From: a virus
Virus record (IMG/VR): IMGVR_UViG_3300013314_000001
Location: 1 to 64,000 of that record
Strand: one strand, 5' to 3'
DNA: 64,000 nt
Shown: piece by piece, positions 1-8,801 of the stretch
Position numbering within the stretch: the stretch's first letter is position 1
Layout: each line of letters starts with the position of its first letter
Program-made: the position numbers and the translations under genes
Notes under the pieces: generated by a model
The model's input: the letters and a program-made list of their open reading frames with translations, nothing else
What the model was told of the DNA's origin: nothing
Databases searched by the model: none

Positions 1-5
1 AAGGA

Positions 6-1067
6 ATGAAACTTATAGAATCTGGTAAGATTTTAGATGATAAAGATAATCCAGGTGATTACAAGATATTAAGTAATAACGCACCTAAAGGATATTGGAA
101 TGTGAAAAAGCAAACTCCTACACCTCCATTAACACCACCGTCTCCATTAACACCATTAACAGAAATTACTGTAAAAATAAGAACTAGTTATTTTTATCAA
201 GGTATTCATGATGTTTCTATTGGTGGTAATAATAGTGGTGGATTAGGTGGGACTACTTCTGATGATGGTCCAGTTATACCAAAAACTGTAGAATCAACTT
301 TTTTATTATCTGAAGAATTATACTATGTAGGTATTAAACCACCTCAAACACCATATGGAACGATTCGAGTACCTTTTCCTTTTAATAATACTACTGACCA
401 TGTAGATGTTCAATTAAAAGATTATTCAGGTGTTCTATCTAAGCAAGATTTAGATGGTACTGGAACTCCAATCGGAACAATGATAATTATTTCTAGTGCA
501 GGTCAAGATTATTCATTTGAAATTAATACTTCTTTTGTACCTACATATAGCATACTAGAAACAAATCTTAATCAACTTTATAATATTATTAGTGGAAATA
601 ATGGAAGATTTGGACTATGGCCAGTTAATGTTCATTATGCAATACGATATACAACTCCTATTATTTGTAATAGTGAAATATTAGAAATTAACTATAGCAA
701 TAACGATAGTGTTGGAACTGGCGGAAGTGGGAACAATCATGATTATAAATGTCCTTGTCCAGATGCCACGAAAGAAAAATACCTCTCACCCACAGACACT
801 TCAGGCAATCAGCCACCTTATAAAGAATGGAAAAACAGCGATGCTGGCGCTAAAGATGGAGCTTGTAAACACGTTTGGGGGTTAAGAATTTTAAATAAAT
901 TGGTAGGGACTGACATAGGGCAGTTTCCAATCCCAACTGATATGCCCATTGAGATTTCAGAGTCTACAAGGTTTCCTGGCGAACATAGCCCACAAGTTGC
1001 AAATCCTGGTGGTGGCGGGTTTAAAAACTGGCGCATGAATAAAACAACTCGCGGTGATAAATTCTAG
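6..1067 (+). CDS. structural-module protein, putative tail fibre / host-recognition protein (possibly 5'-truncated by window edge)
   Basis: 353-aa ORF whose frame stays open to nt 1. Has a Pro/Thr linker PTPPLTPPSPLTPLTE and a Gly/Asn-rich body. Tightly packed and co-oriented with the esterase-bearing fibre-like ORF 1483..3108. No catalytic motif recognised; function is by context only. Confidence 0.4.
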   Translation: MKLIESGKILDDKDNPGDYKILSNNAPKGYWNVKKQTPTPPLTPPSPLTPLTEITVKIRTSYFYQGIHDVSIGGNNSGGLGGTTSDDGPVIPKTVESTFLLSEELYYVGIKPPQTPYGTIRVPFPFNNTTDHVDVQLKDYSGVLSKQDLDGTGTPIGTMIIISSAGQDYSFEINTSFVPTYSILETNLNQLYNIISGNNGRFGLWPVNVHYAIRYTTPIICNSEILEINYSNNDSVGTGGSGNNHDYKCPCPDATKEKYLSPTDTSGNQPPYKEWKNSDAGAKDGACKHVWGLRILNKLVGTDIGQFPIPTDMPIEISESTRFPGEHSPQVANPGGGGFKNWRMNKTTRGDKF

Positions 1068-1097
1068 GAATCCTAGCGCATATACACATTAACAAAT

Positions 1098-1478
1098 ATG
1101 CGCTATGACGAGGTAAGCATTTACGGTGTAGATGCTAATGGAAATAGAAAAGTAATTAAAGTTGCATCTGATGGAACTTTAATTATTTCAGTTAGTCCCA
1201 ATAATACCTACACAGTACAGAACTTCAGCATTACAACAAATACAGTTGGAACATCCTTTGCCATTTTTTCTGATATTTTTTGTAAACAAATAGTAATAGC
1301 AAACACTACAAATACTGATATCGAATATCAGCGCAATGCTGCGGGTGTAGCTTTCCCAATCCCTGCTCAATCAGCAAAAACAATAATTGGAATTACCAAC
1401 TCTAATCAAATTGGAATTAGGCGAATTGACCAAAATAATACTCAGATAACTTTATTTGCAGAAATAATTAACTACTAA
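1098..1478 (+). CDS. hypothetical protein (tail-fibre cluster)
   Basis: 126-aa ORF, 30 nt after the preceding stop and 4 nt before the next start. No motif recognised. Confidence 0.5.
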   Translation: MRYDEVSIYGVDANGNRKVIKVASDGTLIISVSPNNTYTVQNFSITTNTVGTSFAIFSDIFCKQIVIANTTNTDIEYQRNAAGVAFPIPAQSAKTIIGITNSNQIGIRRIDQNNTQITLFAEIINY

Positions 1479-1482
1479 ATTT

Positions 1483-3108
1483 ATGAGTTTTTCTTTAAAT
1501 AAATCTTATGTAATTGCTGGTACTTCTGGGAATGTAATTACCCTAATAGGTGTAGGTACTTCTTGGCTTTCAACTAATCCCATTTTTACTTTAACTGGTG
1601 GAACTGGAAATATAATTACAGCACAAAATATTACCACCAATACAAGTGCTACTATTACTATTTCCGTTGGTTTTATAAGCTCTGAATTAACTATTACAGA
1701 TCCCTCTACTTCCAATACCCAAAGTTTGTATGTTGCTGTCAATGTTGCTTTAGCAGGAATAGCTTCAGCTAGTGAAGTTTATGCTGATGGCTATTCTGCA
1801 AATAAAGCAATAGACGACAACTTCAACACTTTTTGGAGTGGCACTACTGACACTAATAGGTCTACTTGGCAGGTTGATTTAAGAGCTAACGTTTTAGTTT
1901 TTGAAACTAGATTCTATTCTATCTCCAATACGTATGATGGCAGAATAAAAAACGCGGATGTTTATTGGAGTCAAAATTCAGATTTATCATCTCCTATTGT
2001 TTCACAAAACATAGGAGGAACGTTATTATCAGATAGTAATGGGAATTATGGAATTGTTTTTAATAATAGTGGAGTAAATGCTAGATATATTCAATTTAAA
2101 GTAGCATTAGGAGAAGCTGGAAGTATTGCTGAATGTCGGGTATATGCTTATCAACCACCTCCACCCCCAACAACATATAATTTATCTGCAAATGTTAGTA
2201 GCATTAGTATTGGGTCAGCTATAAATTTAACTTTATCGCTACCTAACAATACTAAGTTAGCTAGCGTTGTTACTTTTACTCTTTCCGATAATGGCAATGG
2301 CGGGACTTTTAGCAGCAATAATGTTCAGTTAACTCCATTAATTTCTTCAGCAACAGTAACTTACACTCCAAATAGCTCAGGAACCAAGGTAATTTCTTGT
2401 ATTAATAGTGGGGGATTAACAAATCCCTCATCGATTTTTATTACTGCCTTTGCTCCTTCTGTTACTTTAAATGTTGTGTTCGATGGTAATTCTTTGACTG
2501 CGGGGCTTGGCGGTTCTCGACCCTATTCTGTAAATTGTATTCAATCACTTGTCAATGCTCAATATAGTGTAATTTCATCCAACTTCAGTGTATCTGGGCA
2601 AACTACTACCCAAATGATTTCAGATGCAAATTCACAAATTGACGGAGCTTATGATTCCTCAAAAAATTATAATATTGTAGTTTGTTGGGAAGGGATAAAT
2701 GATTTATATTTTGGTGTAACAATTACCCAAGCTTATAATAATATTGTAAATTATTGCTTAGGAAGAAAAGCCAAGGGATTTAAGGTTGTAGTTGTTACTT
2801 TAACACCTCGCCAAAATGTGGGAACTCCAGCTAATCAAGAAGTAAATAGATTAGCTGTAAATGCTTTGATTTTACAAAACTGGAAAACTTTTGCAGATGC
2901 GTTGGCAGATATTGGTAATAATGTTCCTATGGGAGTATTTGAGACTTGTAATAACTCAATCTATTATGCTTCTACCGATTTAGTGCATTTTACAGATGTT
3001 GGATATAATATTTTAGCGGGTATTGTTACTAGTGCGATTTATTCAGCTATTAATAGCAATAGTGTATTAAAACAAAGTTTTAATAGATTTGATGTAGGTA
3101 AAAGCTAG
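1483..3108 (+). CDS. tail-associated protein with discoidin (F5/8 type C)-like domain and C-terminal SGNH/GDSL esterase domain
   Basis: NKAIDDNFNTFWSG...STWQVDL resembles the F5/8-type-C carbohydrate-binding fold. The C-terminus carries SGNH blocks FDGNSLTAG (block I), WEGINDL (block III GxND) and DLVHFTDVGY (block V DxxH). Confidence 0.7.
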   Translation: MSFSLNKSYVIAGTSGNVITLIGVGTSWLSTNPIFTLTGGTGNIITAQNITTNTSATITISVGFISSELTITDPSTSNTQSLYVAVNVALAGIASASEVYADGYSANKAIDDNFNTFWSGTTDTNRSTWQVDLRANVLVFETRFYSISNTYDGRIKNADVYWSQNSDLSSPIVSQNIGGTLLSDSNGNYGIVFNNSGVNARYIQFKVALGEAGSIAECRVYAYQPPPPPTTYNLSANVSSISIGSAINLTLSLPNNTKLASVVTFTLSDNGNGGTFSSNNVQLTPLISSATVTYTPNSSGTKVISCINSGGLTNPSSIFITAFAPSVTLNVVFDGNSLTAGLGGSRPYSVNCIQSLVNAQYSVISSNFSVSGQTTTQMISDANSQIDGAYDSSKNYNIVVCWEGINDLYFGVTITQAYNNIVNYCLGRKAKGFKVVVVTLTPRQNVGTPANQEVNRLAVNALILQNWKTFADALADIGNNVPMGVFETCNNSIYYASTDLVHFTDVGYNILAGIVTSAIYSAINSNSVLKQSFNRFDVGKS

Positions 3109-3164
3109 AGCATAATTTTTTAGCTGAATATTAGGAACTTTATTGGTACCTTCTCTGGTATAAT

Positions 3165-3482
3165 ATGGCTTTTCTAGATTCCTACAATTTATCAAACACC
3201 CCTGCATTTAAAGCTAGAGTAGAAGCCGCTATCGTAGCAGCTGCTATTGATATTAATGGAGAGGCAACAAGTGGGGATACTAATAAAGATACCAAACGTA
3301 AAACATTAGCACTTGCAATTATTAGCAAGACTAATGATTATGTAGCAATCTTTTCTCGCCTTGTAGCAGCTAATCCTACTATTAGTGCTACTTATGCAGC
3401 CACACCTGATCAATCATCTGTCAGTGATAGTAACATTGCTTTTGCAGTAGCTTCAGTATTTGACGATGCTGCTGGCGTGTAA
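3165..3482 (+). CDS. hypothetical protein
   Basis: 105-aa Ala-rich ORF, last gene of the fibre cluster. No motif recognised. Confidence 0.5.
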   Translation: MAFLDSYNLSNTPAFKARVEAAIVAAAIDINGEATSGDTNKDTKRKTLALAIISKTNDYVAIFSRLVAANPTISATYAATPDQSSVSDSNIAFAVASVFDDAAGV

Positions 3483-3805
3483 TACTTCCGACACTTTCGG
3501 TTTAGACTGGAAGTGTCACCGAAAGTATTGGAAACATGGACACAATAGACTCAGAACCAATTAGTATCAAAGATGCCATGCATCGCTACGGAATCAGCAG
3601 CCCTAGCACCTGGGCTGAATGGTTAGAAAAGGCTGGTATACAAAGCTTTAAGAAAGGAAGGGAGCGTTACATTTACACTTATCAGCTAGCCACCCTCGAT
3701 GCGATCGCTCGTGAACGTAACCGTCCCATAAATACTTCCACTCCCAAAAGTATCGAAAGTATCGTAACTGAATACTTCCAGGAACCGAAAGTATTGGAAG
3801 TGTCA
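3481..3805. repeat. cluster of short direct/inverted repeats (GGAAGTGTCA, CCGAAAGTATTGGAA, AATACTTCC)
   Basis: CCGAAAGTATTGGAA occurs at 3519-3533 and 3785-3799. GGAAGTGTCA occurs at 3509-3518 and 3796-3805. AATACTTCC (reverse complement of GGAAGTATT) occurs at 3481, 3731 and 3771. CGAAAGTAT is tandem at 3746-3764. Confidence 0.75.
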
Positions 3806-4048
3806 GACCTTGTAGCGATTATGACATCAATGCTCGGTGTTATGCAGTTTCATTCAGTGCCACCAGTTGACCCAGATGAGAGTTACAAAAGACTTGAACA
3901 GTATGCTGCATACAACTGGCGCATCAAATCAAAAGACCTTGCAGCATTGCTTGAACTAAAAAGTGTTCCAAAATCCCCTTACATGGCTAAAGGGTTTTGG
4001 TTCGAGCGACAGGGGCGTGAATGGAAAGTTTCAAAATTCAAGGAATAA
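3536..4048 (+). CDS. hypothetical protein, possible DNA-binding (HTH-like N-terminus)
   Basis: 170 aa. The N-terminal ISIKDAMHRYGISSPSTWAEWLEKAGI looks like a MerR/excisionase-type HTH. Its leader and coding sequence carry the repeat cluster 3481..3805. Confidence 0.4.
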   Translation: MDTIDSEPISIKDAMHRYGISSPSTWAEWLEKAGIQSFKKGRERYIYTYQLATLDAIARERNRPINTSTPKSIESIVTEYFQEPKVLEVSDLVAIMTSMLGVMQFHSVPPVDPDESYKRLEQYAAYNWRIKSKDLAALLELKSVPKSPYMAKGFWFERQGREWKVSKFKE

Positions 4049-4064
4049 TCAGCTGGCCATATAG

Positions 4065-5024
4065 GTGGTCAACATGGTTACTCAACAAGATTTAGATTTT
4101 ATTCTAGATTGTCAAGTCAAAGAGATTTATAACATTCTCGTTACAAGTTATTCTCTCTGCATTGATATTTATTCCCAAACTTTAATAATTAACGTGAGCA
4201 AATCTGTTTCTATACAAGAGCTTGAAGCACTTGAGAAAGAAATAGGAGTTGCTGCATATCTTAAACTGGGTTGCAAGAAAGTTTCTTTCTATTGTTGTCA
4301 AAATTGGTTATACGACTACAATTCAAATATAGTCGATGAATTAAATAACATGACAACAGCCACATTAACAAATCAAGTTGAAGACGAGTCTGAGTTTCAA
4401 CAACCTTTTCAACAACCACAAACAGACATAGCAGTTGACTGGATAAGCTTTGGTGGGATTGCCCAAAGCCTGGGATGTTCAACGGAAACTGTAAGTAATG
4501 AAGTTCAAGAATATAAAATCTTTGTAACGCTGCACCAAAATAATCTGGGACTATCGGGAGAAAACCTAGAGATATTCCTTAACCGTCGCCATACCGAAAT
4601 GGTGGAGAAGTTTCGGGCTTTACTTACCCGTAATGTTTCTACACCAGCAGCCCAACCATCTCGCGCTGCTGCTAAATTAAAAGCGGTTCCTGATAATAAA
4701 ACTAATGGCTTTGTGCCTACAGCAGAAGGGGGACTAACTTTGCCAGAAGACTTTGATATGATGGATGGGCGTAAGCGTCGCCCTGATATTATCACAGCTT
4801 TAAAGATTGCAATCGCTGCACTGCCTGATGGAGAAACTGAAGATATCAAAAAGATGTATGTGCGCCAAATAGCCATGCGCGAGAATGTAGAAAACTTTGT
4901 GGGAGCGTTAGCATCACAGTTTCAAGGGTCAGCGAAGTTTAAGAGTGTGGCTCAAACTTCCAAGGAGATTTATACAGCAGCCCGTCAACTTTGGGATGAG
5001 TATTTAGACTCTGCTCCAGCGTGA
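4065..5024 (+). CDS. hypothetical protein
   Basis: 319-aa ORF (alternative ATG at 4074), followed by a strong terminator. No motif recognised. Confidence 0.5.
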   Translation: MVNMVTQQDLDFILDCQVKEIYNILVTSYSLCIDIYSQTLIINVSKSVSIQELEALEKEIGVAAYLKLGCKKVSFYCCQNWLYDYNSNIVDELNNMTTATLTNQVEDESEFQQPFQQPQTDIAVDWISFGGIAQSLGCSTETVSNEVQEYKIFVTLHQNNLGLSGENLEIFLNRRHTEMVEKFRALLTRNVSTPAAQPSRAAAKLKAVPDNKTNGFVPTAEGGLTLPEDFDMMDGRKRRPDIITALKIAIAALPDGETEDIKKMYVRQIAMRENVENFVGALASQFQGSAKFKSVAQTSKEIYTAARQLWDEYLDSAPA

Positions 5025-5110
5025 TAAAATAAGCACATCTTCTCAGACCTTTCGTTTATGCGGCGGAGGCACGAGAAGTGCAAGGTACACGATTCTTTTT
5101 GTTGTAGATT

Positions 5111-5142
5111 TCCCGCTGACTTGAGGCTGCGGGATTTTTTTT
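5111..5142 (+). terminator. rho-independent terminator
   Basis: Stem TCCCGC(5111-5116)/GCGGGA(5129-5134) followed by T8. Confidence 0.8.
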
Positions 5143-5179
5143 GGTAGAATCAAGATGAACAAATTCAAAATGATACCCA

Positions 5180-5209
5180 CAGGCTAGTGGTTATTTGCTA
5201 GCCTGTTTT
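5180..5209 (+). terminator. second stem-loop terminator
   Basis: CAGGCTAG(5180-5187)/CTAGCCTG(5198-5205) followed by TTTT. Confidence 0.55.
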
Positions 5210-5238
5210 ACTGGGTTGTACTTGTATCAAATAAAATA

Positions 5239-5586
5239 ATGTGCAACTATCTGCTACAAGTACTAAGAAAAGTTAACAGGCAAAGAAAACTAAACAACCT
5301 GATAAAAACAGCACTTGGCAGAGATGCGCTTACAGCGCTAACTAATTCCCTGAAGATAGATGTTACTCAGGGATACAGACTACTAGTTGAGTTAGTTGAT
5401 TATGACGACAAGACTTTGAAAGTATTGCTAAAGTGCATATGTCAATGTAGCAGAAACGGATTCATTGGAAATGTTGCCTGTGAATTTAACGCTCGTTCCG
5501 CGTATTTGCGCTGTGCTGTTAATCCATCTGGGCCATGTCTCGGTTGTGAGTTTAGCACTGCGGCGACTGGTGTTGATTGGGGATAA
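5239..5586 (+). CDS. hypothetical Cys-rich protein (CAVNP motif)
   Basis: 115 aa. The C-terminal LRCAVNPSGPCLGC shares a CAVNP Cys motif with ORF 38387..38704 (LPCAVNPTFEVNC). Its 3' end overlaps the convergent ORF 5552..5866 by 35 nt. Confidence 0.35.
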   Translation: MCNYLLQVLRKVNRQRKLNNLIKTALGRDALTALTNSLKIDVTQGYRLLVELVDYDDKTLKVLLKCICQCSRNGFIGNVACEFNARSAYLRCAVNPSGPCLGCEFSTAATGVDWG

Positions 5587-5866
5587 GTTGGTGCAGCTTG
5601 TTTGTATCGACTACTTGCCAACCGTCGATTTTGGTTAGGAGCGATCGCAACATTTCATCTGAGGGTATGCAGTTATTTGCTGTTAGATAATCCCAATCGG
5701 TTGAGGAGACTGCACCCAGTTCTGTTGCCACGTTTAAGTAAAACTGTTGCAGCGTGATTACTTCCTCCACGCATAGGTCTATTTGGGCTTGGAGTTGCGA
5801 AGTTGTGGTAAAACTTCGCGCTCCTGGTTTATCAAGCTCCATTGCAATATCAATGTTATCAGTCAT
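5552..5866 (-). CDS. hypothetical protein
   Basis: 104-aa ORF, last gene of the minus-strand operon 6923->5552. Its start overlaps the upstream stop. Confidence 0.5.
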   Translation of the reverse strand: MTDNIDIAMELDKPGARSFTTTSQLQAQIDLCVEEVITLQQFYLNVATELGAVSSTDWDYLTANNCIPSDEMLRSLLTKIDGWQVVDTNKLHQLIPNQHQSPQC

Positions 5867-6077
5867 AAATTATAGAATCCACCATTGATTGAATATTTTC
5901 ACCATGATGGTCTTTATAAAAAGACCACAACTTACCGCCTGTAATTTGTTTTGCAATCAAAGCCTCAAAAATTAATTGCGTTTTCTGAGTAGTGTATTCG
6001 TTATAAATACGTGAGCAAATATCTATTGCGCCAAGGTTTCCTTCACTAACTTTTTGCATGGTGTCAATGTCTGTCAT
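5859..6077 (-). CDS. hypothetical protein
   Basis: 72-aa ORF. ATGA start/stop overlap with the upstream ORF 6074..6454 suggests translational coupling. Confidence 0.5.
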   Translation of the reverse strand: MTDIDTMQKVSEGNLGAIDICSRIYNEYTTQKTQLIFEALIAKQITGGKLWSFYKDHHGENIQSMVDSIIYD

Positions 6078-6454
6078 TGGTTTTGTGGTGGGGTGTATAC
6101 TGTGAACTCCGAATCTTTGAAAGCTTTCATAGCCTGTTGTCGCTGTTGTTCAAGTGCTTCTTGGTGCATTTGCATCTGAGTTTTACCATTAGCCTGAGAC
6201 TTCTTAGGCAAGGCTTGTTGAAATGCAGTGAAATTCTGGTAATAAACCTCCCAACGGTTCTGCCCCGCTTTGTTCTTGGAAGCTAACCAAGCCTCAATGT
6301 CATTCACTGGTTGGCTTAAATTTCTTGTCTTCTCCTCACAGAAATTTAAAAAATTCTCGCTCTCCGTTTCTGAGAGAGTCTTTTTAAATTCTGAATAAGT
6401 CTGAATAGCCTGAGAACTATTTGATATTGTGTACTTGTTTGTGACAATTATCAC
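6074..6454 (-). CDS. paralogue of the C-terminal domain of ORF 41243..42016
   Basis: SETESENFLNFCEEKTRNLSQPVNDIEAWLASKNKAGQNRWEVYY...MQMHQEALEQQRQQAM aligns with SEAESENFLTFCEEKTRNLNQPVNDIEAWLAHTTKAGQKRWEVYY...WQMHQEELEQQRQRAM. The DNA similarity is also visible. Confidence 0.65.
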   Translation of the reverse strand: MIIVTNKYTISNSSQAIQTYSEFKKTLSETESENFLNFCEEKTRNLSQPVNDIEAWLASKNKAGQNRWEVYYQNFTAFQQALPKKSQANGKTQMQMHQEALEQQRQQAMKAFKDSEFTVYTPPQNQ

Positions 6455-6923
6455 ATAAGGTAACTAAGTCATTTAAATGATTTAGTTCATCTTTGTGATG
6501 GTCATAAGTAAGATGATGTACCTGTAATTTCTTTGTTGAAGTACAGCTTTGACAATGCTTATCTCTTTCCAAAACAAGTTCTCTAACAGCTTTCCAGTAA
6601 TCGCTTTGCAAGAATCTTTGGTATTCTGGAGTGTGTAATTTTTCAGTTGTGAGATTTCTAAATCTATCTTCAACTTGAAACTCAAATAAATCAAGCTCTA
6701 ACAGTTTAGCTTTAGCACGATAAAAAGCAGTCTTACTTATTCCACATTCATCAAGGATAATGTCAACGTCAGGCATTTGAACGTAGCGATCGCCAAATGG
6801 ATCAAGAGTAACGAGGTAAGACCATAGCTTCCAGTCCGAAGCAGTTAAAGAACTTTCCCTCAACTTCTTTGTCATTGATGGACTAAGTTTAAAAAAGGGT
6901 TGATTATTTGATAGATTAGTCAT
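6417..6923 (-). CDS. winged-helix DNA-binding protein fused to an HNH endonuclease domain
   Basis: The N-terminus (ILDECGISKTAFYRAKAKLLELDLF) parallels the wHTH of ORF 41243..42016. The C-terminus has the HNH motif CQSCTSTKKLQVHHLTYDH...LVTLCDNCHKQVH. Confidence 0.7.
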   Translation of the reverse strand: MTNLSNNQPFFKLSPSMTKKLRESSLTASDWKLWSYLVTLDPFGDRYVQMPDVDIILDECGISKTAFYRAKAKLLELDLFEFQVEDRFRNLTTEKLHTPEYQRFLQSDYWKAVRELVLERDKHCQSCTSTKKLQVHHLTYDHHKDELNHLNDLVTLCDNCHKQVHNIK

Positions 6924-6947
6924 GTGTCGCTCCTTAACAGCGATAAT

Positions 6948-6991
6948 CCCAGTGGCAGATACGGTGTTGACAGCACCCCTGCACGACTGGG
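6948..6991 (-). promoter_or_regulatory. conserved 5'-leader hairpin downstream of a TAAAAT -10-like box (7010-7015)
   Basis: The CCCAGT/ACTGGG stem sits at the same anchored position as CCCGGC/GCCGGG in the paralogous leader 41185..41214. There are two compensatory pair changes. Confidence 0.5.
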
Positions 6992-7034
6992 CTTTAACTT
7001 ATACATACTATTTTACCATTGTTGCGATCGCAAA

Positions 7035-7289
7035 TTACTTCTCTTCATCTTGCGAGTAATAGTTTTCTTCTTCTAGCCACAGCTTCTCAAGTTCAGCAAC
7101 AGTAATGTTTTGGTCATTGGCAATATCAGACATCATCTCGCCAATGACACCAATATTAGACTCAACCCTTGCACCGATTATCTGAGCTGCATAAGTAGCT
7201 TTTGGTCTACCGTGAGCTTTAGCCCAGCAGATAAGCTTACGCATTTCAAACTCTGACAACTGGATCGTGAACTTATAAACTTTTGCCAT
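7035..7289 (-). CDS. ribbon-helix-helix (CopG/Arc-like) DNA-binding protein
   Basis: Start refined to ATG 7289 (MAKVYKF). FTIQLSEFEMRKLICWAKAHGRPKATYAAQIIGARV fits the beta-alpha-alpha RHH pattern. Divergent from the HTH gene at 7432. Confidence 0.6.
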   Translation of the reverse strand: MAKVYKFTIQLSEFEMRKLICWAKAHGRPKATYAAQIIGARVESNIGVIGEMMSDIANDQNITVAELEKLWLEEENYYSQDEEK

Positions 7290-7431
7290 AAGTATTTTAA
7301 CTCTGTTAATTATCTTTACGGTTGATGTGTTGCTAATCTCGTGGATTTGCATTATATTGCCTATGTTATCATCATTTATAAAAGAGCGTCCCCCAATGTG
7401 ACTAGACATTGAAGGACTTCCCCAACCACAG

Positions 7432-7698
7432 ATGACGCCTGTAGCAGAGGTACAAATCATTATGCTTCAAGAATTACTTCCTTTAATGCACCCAAGGGAG
7501 TTTCTTTGTGAATTTCCCCTAACTTATAAAGAACTGGCGCAGCAACTAGGCGTAACAACTTACGCTGTAGATAACTGGATGGGCAATCGCTGCAAGCCTT
7601 CCAGACAAACTCAGAGACAAGTTGCAGAGTTTGCAGCAAGACTTAAAGAAAACGCCCAGTTAAGAAGGTCTGTATTATCTACAGAAGATGATGAGTAG
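7432..7698 (+). CDS. HTH (Cro/CI-type) DNA-binding protein
   Basis: TYKELAQQLGVTTYAVDNWMGN is a classic HTH. Alternative start at ATG 7462. Followed by a terminator. Confidence 0.5.
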   Translation: MTPVAEVQIIMLQELLPLMHPREFLCEFPLTYKELAQQLGVTTYAVDNWMGNRCKPSRQTQRQVAEFAARLKENAQLRRSVLSTEDDE

Positions 7699-7736
7699 GA
7701 AATAATCATCTGTAGTAATTACAAGTTTTGCTATTG

Positions 7737-7757
7737 CCCAGGACTCCTGGGTTTTTT
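7737..7757 (+). terminator. rho-independent terminator
   Basis: CCCAGG(7737-7742)/CCTGGG(7746-7751) followed by T6. Confidence 0.8.
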
Positions 7758-7797
7758 AATATCTAAAGCATAGTCACAAGAGAGTTACAAAAAACCA

Positions 7798-8058
7798 ATG
7801 CCTACCGAGCGGCTACATCTTGACCCTACTGTGGACTGGCTACCCATGCCCCAGGCGGCTCAGATATTAGAAGTTAACCCTAGCCAAGTTAGACGCGATC
7901 GCGCAGTGTTAGAAGAGTTAGAACTGATTACTTACAACAACCGCAGCAACGGATTTAACCGACAAGTGTTTGAAGTGCTGTGGAGGTTTAGGCAATTGGT
8001 TAGGCAGAGGGGAAGGATTGAAGCGATCGCAGCAATTGTAAACCTAGAAGAAGGTTAA
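7798..8058 (+). CDS. hypothetical protein, excisionase/HTH-like
   Basis: 86 aa. LPMPQAAQILEVNPSQVRRDRAVL resembles MerR/Xis-type HTH. The assignment is weak. Confidence 0.4.
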   Translation: MPTERLHLDPTVDWLPMPQAAQILEVNPSQVRRDRAVLEELELITYNNRSNGFNRQVFEVLWRFRQLVRQRGRIEAIAAIVNLEEG

Positions 8059-8223
8059 TTCAACTGTCTATTAACCGCTAGTTATGAGTCATCTACCAAG
8101 CTACCCATTTGATAAGGACAAGGCAACAGAAAGAGTTAAAGAGTTTTTCGACAAGCTAAAAGTTAACTCTGAGACAACAACAACAGTAAAAACTTCAACA
8201 AGAAAAAGCGAGAGATAAGAGCC

Positions 8224-8601
8224 ATGAATGAGAAAGAACGTCAAGCAGTAGACGCAGTTAAGGCATCCCGACAGCCCGACAGCCGGACAGCCCGACAAAC
8301 AAAGCAAGGAGGTGGCAGGGCTAATGAGTCAGCGCAAGCGGCAGGGTCTAACTTACAGGAAAAACTAAACCTTGTCAGTGACCAGTTAACAAACAATATG
8401 AAACAGCAGATTTTTTCAAAGGCGATTGTCAAAGTGCTAGAAGACTTTGAAAATGGAGACTTTGGAGATTTGGCAGAACAAATGTTTTCAGAGTTAAACC
8501 AGGGTATCAATGCCCCTTTGGAAACAGAATACAGGGTTTTGCAAGCGTGGCAGGACTCCCCAAAGTACGCCTTGCCGTCCGCCGCCGACTTGAGTATATG
8601 A
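8224..8601 (+). CDS. hypothetical protein
   Basis: 125-aa ORF. The antisense ORFs 8101..8307, 8241..8510 and 8507..8692 are judged spurious. Confidence 0.5.
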   Translation: MNEKERQAVDAVKASRQPDSRTARQTKQGGGRANESAQAAGSNLQEKLNLVSDQLTNNMKQQIFSKAIVKVLEDFENGDFGDLAEQMFSELNQGINAPLETEYRVLQAWQDSPKYALPSAADLSI

Positions 8602-8636
8602 TTTTGCTTTCGTTAATCAAACGCAGGGAGGAAACT

Positions 8637-8801
8637 ATGATTATTGATGGAATGGCGGGAGTCTTAGGGCTTACCAGTTTGGTAGGCGGCATTGGGGGAG
8701 CAGCTTGTTTTTTAGCTGTAATGTTGCCTAGTGTAGGGCTTGCCGTAGGTGCGTTAGGAGTAGTGGCTGGGTTACATACATGGATTACAAGGAAAAAATA
8801 A
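8637..8801 (+). CDS. small membrane protein
   Basis: Start refined to ATG 8637, preceded by GGAGG. Hydrophobic Gly/Ala-rich sequence MIIDGMAGVLGLTSLVGGIGGAACFLAVMLPSVGLAVGALGVVAG. Confidence 0.45.
   Translation: MIIDGMAGVLGLTSLVGGIGGAACFLAVMLPSVGLAVGALGVVAGLHTWITRKK

Noticed and set aside
818-4876. Antisense or embedded ORFs 818..1036, 1188..1370, 1506..1742, 4261..4482 and 4505..4876.
   Set aside because: They are fully contained antisense within longer, better-supported plus-strand ORFs. They have no RBS and an odd composition (Cys/Trp/Arg-rich).
8101-8692. Minus-strand ORFs 8101..8307, 8241..8510 and 8507..8692.
   Set aside because: They are antisense to the co-directional plus-strand gene series and show low-complexity, non-protein-like sequences.
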